Shown here: piece by piece, positions 20,038 to 30,906 of the stretch
How positions within the stretch are numbered: position 1 is the first letter of the stretch
Layout: every line of letters starts with the position of its first letter
NCBI GenBank assembly: GCA_045568775.1
Contig: JBJLAJ010000006.1
Location: 65,936 to 129,935, forward strand
Source: Cytophagales bacterium
GTDB lineage: Bacteria; Bacteroidota; Bacteroidia; Cytophagales; MED-G16
DNA length: 64,000 bases
Reading direction: 5' to 3'
Made by a program: the position numbers and the translations under genes
Notes under the pieces: generated by a model
Told to the model about the DNA's origin: nothing
Database searches by the model: none
Seen by the model: the letters and a program-made list of their open reading frames with translations, nothing else

Positions 20038-20045
20038 CAAATATA
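20038..20045 (-). promoter_or_regulatory. Candidate -7 box TATATTTG upstream of glyQS
   Basis: Exact TAnnTTTG match only 4 nt upstream of the glyQS ATG, inside the 32-nt gap after the CPA2 gene. It would imply a near-leaderless mRNA. Confidence 0.3.
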
Positions 20046-20065
20046 CCTTTACAATTTTTTTTAAA

Positions 20066-22009
20066 CTAACTATCAAATCTTAATGTTAACTTATCTAAGC
20101 TATTAACTGAGCCTATGAATGTAATTATATCATCTTTCAAGAGCCTAGTATAACCATGACTAAGTATAATCTCATCATTCCTTTTAATTGATAACATTAA
20201 AACATCTTGAGGAAGCTTTAAATCTCTAAGCAAAGATCCTGAAATTTTATCATTTAATAATCTTATGTCTCTTATCTCTTTATCTTTTTCTTCTCCTAAA
20301 AAAAGAGATGTTCCCTGAGGTGACTTCACATACTGATCTATCAAATTTATTATTGCGTCAGATGGATGAATTATTTTTACATTAAAATTTAAAAAGATAT
20401 CAGCCTTTAGATGATCATTAATTCTAACAATAACATTTTTATTTCCATATGTAGAATAAGATAAATCACATATTTCTTCATTTAAGCTGTCTGAACACAA
20501 ACATATTACCGAATCAGAATTAAAATAATCAATAGCATCAAAGTTATATTTATCTACATTTTTAATTAGTTGATGCCCAACTTCATTTGGAATTTTTATT
20601 GATGGTTTTTTTTCAAATGAAATAATATCAACTATATAATTTCTAGACTTTAGAATTAAAGCTATTGAAATACTTTGGGGTTCTAAACCAAAAATCAGTA
20701 CTCTTTTCTTTTCAGATAATACTATCTTTTTTCTTTTATTTGTCTCATTTAAATAATTAAGAGCCCACTTAAAAACAGCTGGCCCTATAAACTGACTAAT
20801 AATAATAGATGAGATTAAAATTAATGAGATCTGACTAGTTATTTCATTTGGCCAATAACTAAACTCTTTTTGAAATACTTGAATTAAACCAAGAGATACG
20901 CCTGCTTGAGTGATATGAGGGGTCCATCCCAACATTTTATAATTAAAATCATCTTTTGCTAGAGTCCCTCCTACGTATGCAGAAATAAAAAGTGAAATTA
21001 TCCTAAGGAAAAAAAATAGTAAAGAAAACTCAAAAACAGTGAATACTAACTCAACATTTAAACTTGCTCCTACTAAAGTAAAAAAGACAACATATATATA
21101 TTTACCTGAAACTTGAATAAAATCTAAAAACTCTAATCTTTTATTAGTTCTATTAATTATATAAATCCCAGCAACCATACAAATAAGTAACGGTTCAAAT
21201 ATTATTTCTTTCTCAAATGATCTTAAAGAGATTTCTCTTACATAGTCAGCAAATAAGAATGCAGAAAATCCGATCAGAATTAATAAAAAATATTTAACAT
21301 ACTTTTTTATGCTAATGTTTAAATATGAGTTTATAAATGTGCCGTAAACAAGTCCCAAGAAAATTGAAAAAATAATTTCAAAAACTATAATTATAATATT
21401 CAAGAATTGAAAAGTTCCAGAATCTATTGACTTAACTACTGAAAATACTACCGCAAAAAGTAATATTACTCCAAAATCTGATAAACACAATACCCCCATC
21501 GAAGTAGATGTAAATTTACCTTTAGCTCTTAAATCATTTATAACAGCAATAGCAGAAGCAGGAGATCTTGCTACAAATATGGAACCACAAAGTAGAGAAA
21601 CATAAAATTTTATAGATGTGTTAACTTCATCAAAAAAAGGGATAGTTAATAAAGAGATTCCAACAAGGCAAAATCCAATTAAAAATGTGAGAAAAATGTT
21701 ACTTAATGTATTCCACTTTATACTTTTAAAACTATTTTCTATTTCCTTAAAAAAGAGTTCAGAACCTGCAGCAAACGCAATAAAACCAAGTGAAAGATCG
21801 AATAAAAACTGTAAACTTTGAATTGCACTTTCATCTACTATATCTAAAGAACTGGGACCAACTAAAACACCTACTATAATTAAACCTGTTATGGTAGGAA
21901 GACCTGTTTTTTTAAAGTAAGTACCTAAATGAAATGAAGAGATACATATTATAAAATATGTAATTAGGAATAATATTGAGTCAGAAGAAAAATTATTAAA
22001 AAATTCCAA
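20066..22009 (-). CDS. CPA2-type cation:proton antiporter with C-terminal RCK (TrkA-N-like + TrkA-C) domains
   Basis: 647-aa ORF with a ~410-aa polytopic Na_H_exchanger-like N-terminus and a C-terminal Rossmann-like segment plus a TrkA-C-like segment (LRDLKLPQDVLMLSIKRNDEIILSHGYTRLLKDDIITFIG). Confidence 0.75.
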   Translation of the reverse strand: MEFFNNFSSDSILFLITYFIICISSFHLGTYFKKTGLPTITGLIIVGVLVGPSSLDIVDESAIQSLQFLFDLSLGFIAFAAGSELFFKEIENSFKSIKWNTLSNIFLTFLIGFCLVGISLLTIPFFDEVNTSIKFYVSLLCGSIFVARSPASAIAVINDLRAKGKFTSTSMGVLCLSDFGVILLFAVVFSVVKSIDSGTFQFLNIIIIVFEIIFSIFLGLVYGTFINSYLNISIKKYVKYFLLILIGFSAFLFADYVREISLRSFEKEIIFEPLLICMVAGIYIINRTNKRLEFLDFIQVSGKYIYVVFFTLVGASLNVELVFTVFEFSLLFFFLRIISLFISAYVGGTLAKDDFNYKMLGWTPHITQAGVSLGLIQVFQKEFSYWPNEITSQISLILISSIIISQFIGPAVFKWALNYLNETNKRKKIVLSEKKRVLIFGLEPQSISIALILKSRNYIVDIISFEKKPSIKIPNEVGHQLIKNVDKYNFDAIDYFNSDSVICLCSDSLNEEICDLSYSTYGNKNVIVRINDHLKADIFLNFNVKIIHPSDAIINLIDQYVKSPQGTSLFLGEEKDKEIRDIRLLNDKISGSLLRDLKLPQDVLMLSIKRNDEIILSHGYTRLLKDDIITFIGSVNSLDKLTLRFDS

Positions 22010-22028
22010 TAGATTACAATCTTAGATA

Positions 22029-22036
22029 CAAAGGTA
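22029..22036 (-). promoter_or_regulatory. Candidate -7 box TACCTTTG upstream of the CPA2 antiporter gene
   Basis: Exact TAnnTTTG match 19 nt upstream of the ATG at 22009. Confidence 0.3.
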
Positions 22037-22055
22037 CAAAATAAGACTATATAAT

Positions 22056-22592
22056 ATGATTAAGAAAATATGTGTTTTTTGTGGATCAAGTAAACCAAAG
22101 AATAATTCAAAAATTGAAAGAGAGGTAAACAAAATCGTGAGAATATTTTTTGAAAAAAAATTAGAGTTGATTTATGGAGGGGCTAGTATTGGTTTAATGG
22201 GTCAAATATCTAATAATTTATTTGATTTAGGAGGAAAAGTAACAGGTGTAATTCCAAAAGTATTATCAACAAAAGAAATTATAAATAAAAACATAACAGA
22301 CCTTATTATAGTTGAAGGCATGCACGAAAGAAAGAAAAAAATGTATGATTTAAGTGACGCTTTTATAGTCCTCCCTGGAGGAATCGGAACATTAGAAGAA
22401 TTTGCAGAAGTTGTTACGTGGAAAGTTTTAGGCATACAAAATAAAAAAATTTTTATAATAAATATTGACGGATACTATGACTTCTTATTTAAACAATTTG
22501 AAGTTATGAAAGATAATAATTTTCTATATACAGATATTTTCAAAGAAATTATCACAATTAATAATACAGAAGACCTAAGAAGACAACTTTAG
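22056..22592 (+). CDS. LOG-family (TIGR00730) nucleotide 5'-monophosphate nucleosidase
   Basis: 178-aa ORF with ICVFCGSS, GGASIGLMG and PGGIGTLEEF motifs. Confidence 0.85.
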   Translation: MIKKICVFCGSSKPKNNSKIEREVNKIVRIFFEKKLELIYGGASIGLMGQISNNLFDLGGKVTGVIPKVLSTKEIINKNITDLIIVEGMHERKKKMYDLSDAFIVLPGGIGTLEEFAEVVTWKVLGIQNKKIFIINIDGYYDFLFKQFEVMKDNNFLYTDIFKEIITINNTEDLRRQL

Positions 22593-22593
22593 T

Positions 22594-23784
22594 TTATCCT
22601 AAGAAAGAAATTAGGACTCCAGCTGCTACAGCTGAACCAATAACTCCAGATATATTACTAGCCATAGCATAATGCATTAAATGATTATTTGGATCATGCT
22701 TTAGTGCAATATCATTTGCAACCCTACTAGCCATTGGCACAGCACTCAATCCAGTAGCACCTATTAGAGGGTTAATCTTTTTCTTTGTAAATAAATTAAA
22801 TAATTTGACTGCAAAAATTCCTCCTGTTATAGAAATAACAAAAGCTAATAAACCTCCAACTATAATGCCTAAAGTCTGAATATTCAAAAACGAAACTGGT
22901 GTCATGGTAGCTCCAATTGATAAGCCAAGAAATACAGTGCTAGTATTTAAAATATTATCAGATGCTGCTTTGGATAATCTAGCAGTACTTGAACCTATTT
23001 CTTTTAAAAGGTTACCAAACATTAAAAAACCAATTAGTGGTGTTGAAGATGGGACAATTAAAGAAACCACGAGAGTCATTAATATTGGAAATATAATTTT
23101 CATCGCATCTAAATTTTTTATTTCATTATTACTTGGATTTTTTCCATCTTGTTCTTTCATATTAATCAAAATCTCTTTTTTAGAAACTGTAAACTTTACT
23201 ATAAAAGGAATAATGACTGGAACCAATGCCATATATGAATAAGCAGCTATAGCAATCGGGGCTAGAAGATGCGGTGCTAAAATGATTGATGTATAGATAG
23301 CTGTTGGTCCGTCAGCTCCTCCAATAATCGCAAGAGAAGCGGCTTCTTGATTAGTAAATCCAAGTAACGATGAAATAATTAAAACAGAAAAAATTCCAAT
23401 TTGGGCAGCAGCACCAAAAAACACAAGCCTTAGGTTTTTTAACATAGGGCCAAAATCTGTTAATGCTCCCACTCCCATAAAAATTAATGGTGGTAAGAAG
23501 CCCGTCTTAATCAATGAATAATATAAAAAATTAATTATTCCATATTCTTGAGCTATTTTGATTAAACCAATAGACTCATCTAATTCAACAACCCCTAGAT
23601 TAGAACCTGGGATATTAGAAATTAAAACACCAAAAGCAATAGGGACTAGGAGAAGAGGTTCATATTTTTTTACAATACCTAAATAAAGTAAAAAAGCAGC
23701 AATGAATATCATTATTAGATGATTAGGTTGACTTACAAGTTCATTATAACTTGTCATCTCAATTATTTTTTGAAAAATTTCCAT
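22594..23784 (-). CDS. oadB: Na+-translocating decarboxylase, beta subunit
   Basis: 396-aa polytopic ORF with IIGGADGPTAIY and GATGLSAVPMASRV motifs typical of OadB/MmdB/GcdB. Confidence 0.9.
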   Translation of the reverse strand: MEIFQKIIEMTSYNELVSQPNHLIMIFIAAFLLYLGIVKKYEPLLLVPIAFGVLISNIPGSNLGVVELDESIGLIKIAQEYGIINFLYYSLIKTGFLPPLIFMGVGALTDFGPMLKNLRLVFFGAAAQIGIFSVLIISSLLGFTNQEAASLAIIGGADGPTAIYTSIILAPHLLAPIAIAAYSYMALVPVIIPFIVKFTVSKKEILINMKEQDGKNPSNNEIKNLDAMKIIFPILMTLVVSLIVPSSTPLIGFLMFGNLLKEIGSSTARLSKAASDNILNTSTVFLGLSIGATMTPVSFLNIQTLGIIVGGLLAFVISITGGIFAVKLFNLFTKKKINPLIGATGLSAVPMASRVANDIALKHDPNNHLMHYAMASNISGVIGSAVAAGVLISFLG

Positions 23785-23788
23785 AGTA

Positions 23789-25600
23789 CTAATTTATAAT
23801 AAATAAAATATCATCATCAAATATATCATCCCCTTCATTGAAGCAAATCTTGAGTATTTTTCCAGAATATTCTGATTTTATAGCATTAATTACTTTCATA
23901 GATTCTATATAGCAAATTACATCTCCCTTATTGATATTGTCATTTACTTTTACCGGTCGATCTTTAGGATCCTTAGTCGAAAAAACTCTCCCTTCAATTG
24001 GAGATAAAATCTTTTGTCCTGGAGGATTATGTTCTTCAGAAGAGTTGTTTTCTTCATTAATGTACTCAACCTCATATCTTGATTCTCCTATTTGTACTAT
24101 CTCTTTTTTAATTTTAGATTCATTAGAAACTTCTGATTTACTATTCTTTTTTTCTAAAATATCTTCATCTAATTTTTTCTTAGCAACACCAGATTTATAA
24201 TCAAGATATTGGGTTTTATGCAAAGAAAATTCTAATAATTCTTCTTCGTCTTTTCCAAGATCCCATCCCTTTTCTTTCATCTCTCCTCTATTTTTTTCAA
24301 GGGTGTCATCTACTAAATCCTGCGGTTCTCCATTAAAAAAAGTTTTATTTAATTTTTTAGATAATTCTACAATTTCATTTCCTAATTGACCAGGAAGTTG
24401 ACCTGATTTTCCAAGCAACATATCCCAAGTATTATCATCTATTAAGCTCCATCTTTTTTTACCTTTAATATTATTTAAAACATTCACAATAGCAACATTC
24501 TTGACATATTGACTATAAGGAGTTACTAATGGAGGATACCCAAGAATTGGCCAAATAAAATTAACCTCATTTAATAATTTTGAGAACAAGTCATCAATAC
24601 TAATTTCTTTTTTATTATTTTTTTGAAGCCATTTGTTGATACTCTTATTGCTTTTCTCTAAGTCATTCATTAGACTGCCCATCATTCCTCCAGGGAGTCC
24701 TGAGTCTATTAACAAGGAATTCATTAATCTGTTTTTCGGGTTGATATAATAACCTAAAAATTCACCTATAAAGTCTTGTGTTAATTTTTTTACTTCCATA
24801 TAGGATTGTCTATCAAAATCTTTTATCAGAAATCCATCATCTCTTAAAATCTCATGTATAGTTAATAGATCAGCATGAGTAGTTCCCCAAGAAAGTGGTT
24901 CCATGGAAACATCAATTATATCCGCTCCTGCCCTTGCAACTTCTAAAGAAGATACTGCTGAAAACCCTGGCCCAGAATGTCCATGGTATTGAATTATAAT
25001 ATTTTGATTATAATTTTTAATTCCTTTTACTATTTTACCTAAAGATGATGGCCTACCTATTCCAGCCATATCTTTAATTGCAATTTCATCAGTACCTAAA
25101 TCTATTAGTTGCTTAGCTAAATTGATATAATATTCTATCGTATGGATCTGAGAGTGAGTTATACATAAGCAAGACTGAGAAATCATACCTGCATCTTTAG
25201 CATAATCTATTGATAATCTTAGATTTCTAATGTCGTTTAATCCATCAAAAGATCTTGCAATATCAGTGCCCTGCTTCTTTTTGACAGAAAACATTAATTT
25301 CCTAACATCTTTAGGAACCGGGAACATACTTAATGCATTCAACCCCCTTTCTAACATCTGAGTTTGAATTCCAGCTTTATTAAATGGATTGGTCCATTGT
25401 CTTACAACATCATTTGGGTTCTCTCCTGCAAGTAATTGAATCTGTTCAAAACCACCTCCATTAGTTTCTATTCTATCCCAACAGCCCATACCAATAATTG
25501 GTTCAGCTACTTTAACTAATTGACTAGCATTTGGCATATACTTTCCGGATGATTGCCACATATCTCTATAAACCAAACAAAGTTTAATTTCCTTAGACAT
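23789..25600 (-). CDS. oadA: Oxaloacetate decarboxylase alpha subunit (carboxyltransferase + biotinyl domain)
   Basis: 603-aa ORF with an HMGL-like/PYC_OADA N-terminus (RDMWQS; HGHSGPG) and a C-terminal biotinyl-lysine motif written here as IESMKV. Confidence 0.85.
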   Translation of the reverse strand: MSKEIKLCLVYRDMWQSSGKYMPNASQLVKVAEPIIGMGCWDRIETNGGGFEQIQLLAGENPNDVVRQWTNPFNKAGIQTQMLERGLNALSMFPVPKDVRKLMFSVKKKQGTDIARSFDGLNDIRNLRLSIDYAKDAGMISQSCLCITHSQIHTIEYYINLAKQLIDLGTDEIAIKDMAGIGRPSSLGKIVKGIKNYNQNIIIQYHGHSGPGFSAVSSLEVARAGADIIDVSMEPLSWGTTHADLLTIHEILRDDGFLIKDFDRQSYMEVKKLTQDFIGEFLGYYINPKNRLMNSLLIDSGLPGGMMGSLMNDLEKSNKSINKWLQKNNKKEISIDDLFSKLLNEVNFIWPILGYPPLVTPYSQYVKNVAIVNVLNNIKGKKRWSLIDDNTWDMLLGKSGQLPGQLGNEIVELSKKLNKTFFNGEPQDLVDDTLEKNRGEMKEKGWDLGKDEEELLEFSLHKTQYLDYKSGVAKKKLDEDILEKKNSKSEVSNESKIKKEIVQIGESRYEVEYINEENNSSEEHNPPGQKILSPIEGRVFSTKDPKDRPVKVNDNINKGDVICYIESMKVINAIKSEYSGKILKICFNEGDDIFDDDILFIIN

Positions 25601-25602
25601 CT

Positions 25603-25839
25603 TTAATCTAGCTTTTTGTAATTCAAAACTTTACCCTTACCATTAGAAATTTTTAGGATTTTTTCATTGATGATTTGCTCGGTATCTATATTTTTATCAA
25701 TTTGTTCAACTGGGAATAACTTAAAATATTTTATTATTATTTTTCCTAAAAAAAAAACAAGAAATAACACAAAGAAAACAATGAGCATCCCAGTGATAAG
25801 GATATTAAAAAGCACTGTCAAATTGGAAGCGTTTTCCAT
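25603..25839 (-). CDS. oadG: Decarboxylase gamma subunit (OadG-like single-TM protein)
   Basis: 78-aa ORF with an N-terminal TM helix (LITGMLIVFFVLFLVFFLG), 2 nt upstream of oadA. Confidence 0.5.
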   Translation of the reverse strand: MENASNLTVLFNILITGMLIVFFVLFLVFFLGKIIIKYFKLFPVEQIDKNIDTEQIINEKILKISNGKGKVLNYKKLD

Positions 25840-25874
25840 TTAATAAAAATATTTTTATGGTTTGTCTTAGTTAG

Positions 25875-25882
25875 CAAAAATA
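25875..25882 (-). promoter_or_regulatory. Candidate -7 box TATTTTTG upstream of oadG-oadA-oadB
   Basis: Exact TAnnTTTG match 35 nt upstream of the oadG ATG. A TTTC (near the TTTG -33 element) lies about 17 nt further upstream. Confidence 0.3.
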
Positions 25883-25931
25883 TGAACTAAATTATTGAAA
25901 CTTTTATTAATAATAGACTATTTCTATATAA

Positions 25932-27104
25932 ATGAATATCATTAAAGTTGCATCAAAACAAGACAAAAAAGCCTTTATAGAACTCCCTCTTGAAATTTAT
26001 AAAAACGAAAAAAATTGGATCAGACCTCTAGATAAAGATATTGATTCTGTGTTTAACAAAAACAAAAATAAAGCATTTAGGAAGGGGGATGTTATTCGTT
26101 GGGTTTTAGAAGATAAAGGTAGGGCTATCGGAAGGGTTGCCGCCTTTTATATAGAAAAAAAAGTTGATAAAGATGATTTAAAAATTGGAGGGTGTGGTTT
26201 TTTTGAGTGTATAGATAATCAAGATGCGGCAAATTTATTATTTGACAAAGCTAAAAGTTGGCTTACAGAAAGAGGATACAACTCTATGGATGGGCCTATA
26301 AATTTTGGAGAGAGAGATAAGTGGTGGGGCTGTTTATATAAAGGCTTTGAGATTGATCCAAACTACCAACAAAATTATGGGAAAGATTACTACCCTAAAT
26401 TATTTGAGAACTATGGTTTTCAAATACTTTTTAAGCAGCTTACATTCTTTAAAAAAATTAAAACACCTCTATCTGAAAAATTAAAATATAAAGCCAATAG
26501 GGCTCTTAAAAATCCGGACTATAATTTTAGAATGTTAGAAATAAAAAAAATAGATAAATACATATTAGATTTTATGAAAATTTATAATGAGGCTTGGGCA
26601 AAATATCCAGGAGTATCAGCATTAAAATTAGCTCAAGCTAACTCTATATTCAAACAATTAAAACCAATCATGGATGAAAAAATATTATGGTTTGCCTATG
26701 AAAAAGATGAACCTATTGGCTTTTTTATTTGTATTCCTGAGATGAATCAAATTTTTAAATACGTAAATGGAAAATTAGATTTAATTGGAAAAATCAAAAC
26801 GTTCTATCATTTAAAAATAAAAAAATCATGTAAAAAGGTTATTGGATTAGTTTTTGGGATTGTACCAAAACACCAAGGCAAAGGTGTTGATGGGGCACTA
26901 ATAATGGCAAGCAGCAACACAATTCAAAAAGAGTTATCTTATACTGATATGGAACTGAATTGGATACCTGATTTTAATACAGCAATGATCAAAGTAGCTA
27001 CGCAGGTACAGGCTACTAATGAAATTAAACCAGCAAAAATTCACCACACATATAGGTATAATTTTGATAGGTCTATACCTGTTGAGAGAATCGTTAAAAA
27101 ATAA
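25932..27104 (+). CDS. Two-domain protein with C-terminal GNAT acetyltransferase fold, substrate unknown
   Basis: 390-aa ORF. The acetyl-CoA motif-A-like VPKHQGKGVDGAL is the only recognisable element. Confidence 0.5.
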   Translation: MNIIKVASKQDKKAFIELPLEIYKNEKNWIRPLDKDIDSVFNKNKNKAFRKGDVIRWVLEDKGRAIGRVAAFYIEKKVDKDDLKIGGCGFFECIDNQDAANLLFDKAKSWLTERGYNSMDGPINFGERDKWWGCLYKGFEIDPNYQQNYGKDYYPKLFENYGFQILFKQLTFFKKIKTPLSEKLKYKANRALKNPDYNFRMLEIKKIDKYILDFMKIYNEAWAKYPGVSALKLAQANSIFKQLKPIMDEKILWFAYEKDEPIGFFICIPEMNQIFKYVNGKLDLIGKIKTFYHLKIKKSCKKVIGLVFGIVPKHQGKGVDGALIMASSNTIQKELSYTDMELNWIPDFNTAMIKVATQVQATNEIKPAKIHHTYRYNFDRSIPVERIVKK

Positions 27105-27106
27105 AA

Positions 27107-27958
27107 CTAGTTGTTTAAAGCTTCGGCACCTCCAACTATCTCTAAAATTTCTTTTGTAATTGCAGCTTGTCTTGTTCTATTATAAGTTAGCTTTAGTTCT
27201 TTTAAAAGCTCTCCAGCATTGTCTGTTGCTTGACTCATAGCTGTCATTCTAGAACCTTGCTCAGAAGCATTTGATTCTAAAACTGCCTTGAGAAATTGTG
27301 TTTTAAGAGACTGAGGAATAAGATTATTAACAATTTTATTTTTATTAGGTTCAAAAATATAGTTATTATTAACCTCTTTTTTTTCGTCACTTTCTGGTAT
27401 GACTGGTAAAAAATCTTCTATAACACTCTTTTGAACTGCTACATTTTTAAATTCATTGTAAATAATAGCTACTTTATCATATTTAGAATCTAAGAATGAT
27501 GAGATTATATAATCGCAAATCTCAGAAGATTTTTCATAGTTAAATCCATTTAAAGATTGCCAATAATCTAGAATGAGATTATATTCAGATTTCTTAAAAA
27601 AATCGTAGGCTTTTTTGCCAATTGGCAACACAGAGACTTTTTTAGTGTTTATATTATCACAATATGAAGTAAATTGTTTAATTAGGTTACTATTAAAGCT
27701 GCCACATAAACCTTTGTCAGAGCTTATTATTATTATTAAAACATTGTTTATTTCTTTTTCTAAAAAGAGATCATTATTAACAGAGCCTGATAAATTAGAA
27801 AGGATTTCGTTTAACTTCCTAGAATAAGGCCTTAACTGTACAACTTTATCCTGAGCTTTTTTTAATTTGGCTGCAGCAACCATTTTCATGGCTTTTGTTA
27901 GTTGTTGTGTTGACTTAACAGATCCTATCCTGTTTTTTACTTCTTTTATGCTAGGCAT
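27107..27958 (-). CDS. atpG: F-type ATP synthase gamma subunit
   Basis: 283-aa ORF with typical N- and C-terminal coiled helices (MKMVAAAKL...; ITKEILEIVGGAEAL). Confidence 0.95.
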   Translation of the reverse strand: MPSIKEVKNRIGSVKSTQQLTKAMKMVAAAKLKKAQDKVVQLRPYSRKLNEILSNLSGSVNNDLFLEKEINNVLIIIISSDKGLCGSFNSNLIKQFTSYCDNINTKKVSVLPIGKKAYDFFKKSEYNLILDYWQSLNGFNYEKSSEICDYIISSFLDSKYDKVAIIYNEFKNVAVQKSVIEDFLPVIPESDEKKEVNNNYIFEPNKNKIVNNLIPQSLKTQFLKAVLESNASEQGSRMTAMSQATDNAGELLKELKLTYNRTRQAAITKEILEIVGGAEALNN

Positions 27959-27964
27959 ACAATA

Positions 27965-29542
27965 CTATTTATAGTTTTTAGAAATATCTTTTGCAGTATC
28001 TTCAAGTATTTTCAAACTTTTATCATTTAAAACACCATTTGCTAATTCATCTAAAACTTTTTTATATTTTGAGTTTACATGTTGTAAAAACTCTTCTTCT
28101 AACTTAGATACTTTACTTAAATCTACACCATCAAAAAATCCATTTGAAGAACAATATATTACCGCAACCTGTTCCTCTACTCTTAATGGAGAATATTGTG
28201 GTTGTTTTAAAATTTCCTGATTAATTTGACCCCTATCAATAATTAATTGAGTAGCGGCATCAAGGTCAGAACCGAACTTAGAAAAAGCTTCAAGTTCCCT
28301 AAATGCAGCCTGATCTAATTTCAGAGTTCCAGCTATCTTCTTCATAGATTTTATTTGAGCTGATCCACCAACCCTTGAAACAGAAATACCTACATTAATT
28401 GCAGGCCTTATCCCTGAATTAAATAAGTTAGACTCTAAAAATATCTGACCATCAGTAATAGAGATTACATTAGTTGGTATATACGCAGAAACGTCCCCTT
28501 CTTGAGTTTCAATAATAGGAAGTGCTGTTAATGATCCTCCCCCTTTCACCTCACCCTTAAGTGAATCTGGTAAATCATTCATTTCAGAGGCTAATTTATT
28601 ATCGTTTATTATTTTTGCTGACCTTTCAAGTAACCTAGAATGTAGATAAAATACATCCCCAGGATAAGCTTCTCTACCAGGTGGTCTTCTTAGAAGAAGT
28701 GATACTTCCCTATAGGAAACAGCCTGTTTTGATAAATCATCAAAAATTACTAATGCCGGTCTTCCTGTATCTCTAAAGTATTCTCCGATTGCAGCACCAG
28801 CAAATGGCGCAAAAAATTGCATTGGAGCTGGAGCAGATGAAGGAGAAGAAACAACAGTAGTGTATGGTAAAGCACCATTTTTTTCTAGTATGTTAGTTAC
28901 CTGAGCAACAGTTGAAGCTTTTTGCCCGCAAGCAACATAAATACAATATACAGGTTCCCCTTTATCATAAAATTCTTTTTGATTTAAAATAGTATCAATA
29001 GCAACAGCAGTCTTTCCGGTCTGCCTATCTCCAATAATTAACTCTCTTTGACCCCTACCTATAGGAATCATTGAATCTATAGCCTTTATACCCGTCTGTA
29101 ATGGTTCGTTAACTGGCTGTCTGTAAATAACACCAGGAGCTTTTCTCTCTAAAGGCATAGTGAAAACTTTTCCTTTAATCTCTCCCTTACCATCAATTGG
29201 GTTACCAAGAGTATCTAGGACTCTGCCACAGACACCTTCTCCTACATTTATAGAAGCAATTTCCCCAGACCTTTTTACGGTGTCACCCTCTTTTATATTA
29301 CTAGAATCTCCCATTAACACCGCACCTACATTGTCTTCCTCTAAATTCAACACTAATCCCTTGACTCCTCCTCCAAACTCTAAAAGTTCCCCGGCTTTAG
29401 CATTTGATAATCCATATATTCTAGCAACACCGTCACCTACCTGCAAAATGGTACCTACTTCTTCTAATTCTGATTCTGATTTGAAATTTGATAGCTGATC
29501 TCTTATTATTGAAGAAACCTCATCAGGTCTAATATTTGACAT
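27965..29542 (-). CDS. atpA: F-type ATP synthase alpha subunit
   Basis: 525-aa ORF with Walker A GDRQTGKT. Confidence 0.97.
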   Translation of the reverse strand: MSNIRPDEVSSIIRDQLSNFKSESELEEVGTILQVGDGVARIYGLSNAKAGELLEFGGGVKGLVLNLEEDNVGAVLMGDSSNIKEGDTVKRSGEIASINVGEGVCGRVLDTLGNPIDGKGEIKGKVFTMPLERKAPGVIYRQPVNEPLQTGIKAIDSMIPIGRGQRELIIGDRQTGKTAVAIDTILNQKEFYDKGEPVYCIYVACGQKASTVAQVTNILEKNGALPYTTVVSSPSSAPAPMQFFAPFAGAAIGEYFRDTGRPALVIFDDLSKQAVSYREVSLLLRRPPGREAYPGDVFYLHSRLLERSAKIINDNKLASEMNDLPDSLKGEVKGGGSLTALPIIETQEGDVSAYIPTNVISITDGQIFLESNLFNSGIRPAINVGISVSRVGGSAQIKSMKKIAGTLKLDQAAFRELEAFSKFGSDLDAATQLIIDRGQINQEILKQPQYSPLRVEEQVAVIYCSSNGFFDGVDLSKVSKLEEEFLQHVNSKYKKVLDELANGVLNDKSLKILEDTAKDISKNYK

Positions 29543-29552
29543 TATTTTGTTT

Positions 29553-30092
29553 TTAGTTATTTATTAATTTTTTTCTTAATTCGTTTAATTTATTTGAAAC
29601 TGTACAGTCAATCATTCTATCTCCTATTTTTAAATTAAATCCTCCGATAATAGCTTCGTCAACTATATTAACTAGAGATATTTTCTTTTTTGTAAGTTTC
29701 TCAGCAAAATCTTTTACAACGCCCAATGTTTTATCATCTAAACTAAAAGTAGAAGTAATAAGAGATTTCTCTATATTTTTATGAGCATTATATAACTCAT
29801 TAAATTTTCTTAAAATAGACTCAATTAAATTGTCTCTTTTTCTGGATATTAAATTAAGTAATAGATTTAATGTGTTTTCATTTACTTTCCCTTTGAATAT
29901 TTTATTAGTAATATTTAACTTATGTCTAATAGGAATAATAGGACTTAGATATAAGTTTGAGATTTCCCTAGACTCATTAAAAGATTTACCTAACATATCA
30001 ATATCTACTTTAACCTTATTAAGAACATTGTTCTCAATAGACAAAGTCAATAGTGATTTAGCATATCTTTCTGAAGCTCTAGTGGTTTTCAT
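29553..30092 (-). CDS. atpH: F-type ATP synthase delta (OSCP) subunit
   Basis: 179-aa ORF with the ERYAKSLL start and the correct operon position. Confidence 0.85.
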   Translation of the reverse strand: MKTTRASERYAKSLLTLSIENNVLNKVKVDIDMLGKSFNESREISNLYLSPIIPIRHKLNITNKIFKGKVNENTLNLLLNLISRKRDNLIESILRKFNELYNAHKNIEKSLITSTFSLDDKTLGVVKDFAEKLTKKKISLVNIVDEAIIGGFNLKIGDRMIDCTVSNKLNELRKKLINN

Positions 30093-30095
30093 TAT

Positions 30096-30587
30096 TTAAT
30101 CTTTAATTTCTTTAATTAAGTCCTCAACATACTTCTTTTGAGAAGAATCTTTACTTAGATCCTTTTTAATAACCATTTCAGCGATATCAATTGAAAGCTC
30201 TGCAACAGTATTTTTAACATCATTCATTGCATTATTTTTTTCTGATTCTATTACTTTTTTAGCGTCAGATATAATTTTATCTGCCATTTCTTTGGCATTA
30301 TCTTTAGCTTCTTCTTTCATTGAAGTTGACAACTTTTTAGCTTCAGATAGAATTTTTTCTCGTTCTTTTCTAGCCTCAGATAATAATTGTTCATTCTTGT
30401 TTTGAAGATTTATTAATTCCTCTTCAGCTCTTTTTGCAGAATCTAAAGAATCCTCAATAAATTTTTCTCTTTCTTTAAGAGACTGAGTTATTGGTTTCCA
30501 GGCATACTTCGATAAAACAACAAATAGTGTTCCGAAAATGAGAAGTTGCCAAAAAATTAAACCAGTACCTGGTGTAAGCAAATCCAT
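30096..30587 (-). CDS. atpF: F-type ATP synthase b subunit
   Basis: 163-aa ORF with one N-terminal TM and a long charged helix, in the correct operon position. Confidence 0.85.
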   Translation of the reverse strand: MDLLTPGTGLIFWQLLIFGTLFVVLSKYAWKPITQSLKEREKFIEDSLDSAKRAEEELINLQNKNEQLLSEARKEREKILSEAKKLSTSMKEEAKDNAKEMADKIISDAKKVIESEKNNAMNDVKNTVAELSIDIAEMVIKKDLSKDSSQKKYVEDLIKEIKD

Positions 30588-30606
30588 AATTAATTTTTTT
30601 TAAAAA

Positions 30607-30882
<276 letters not shown>

Positions 30883-30906
30883 TTAAAATTTAACATAAAA
30901 ATATTT

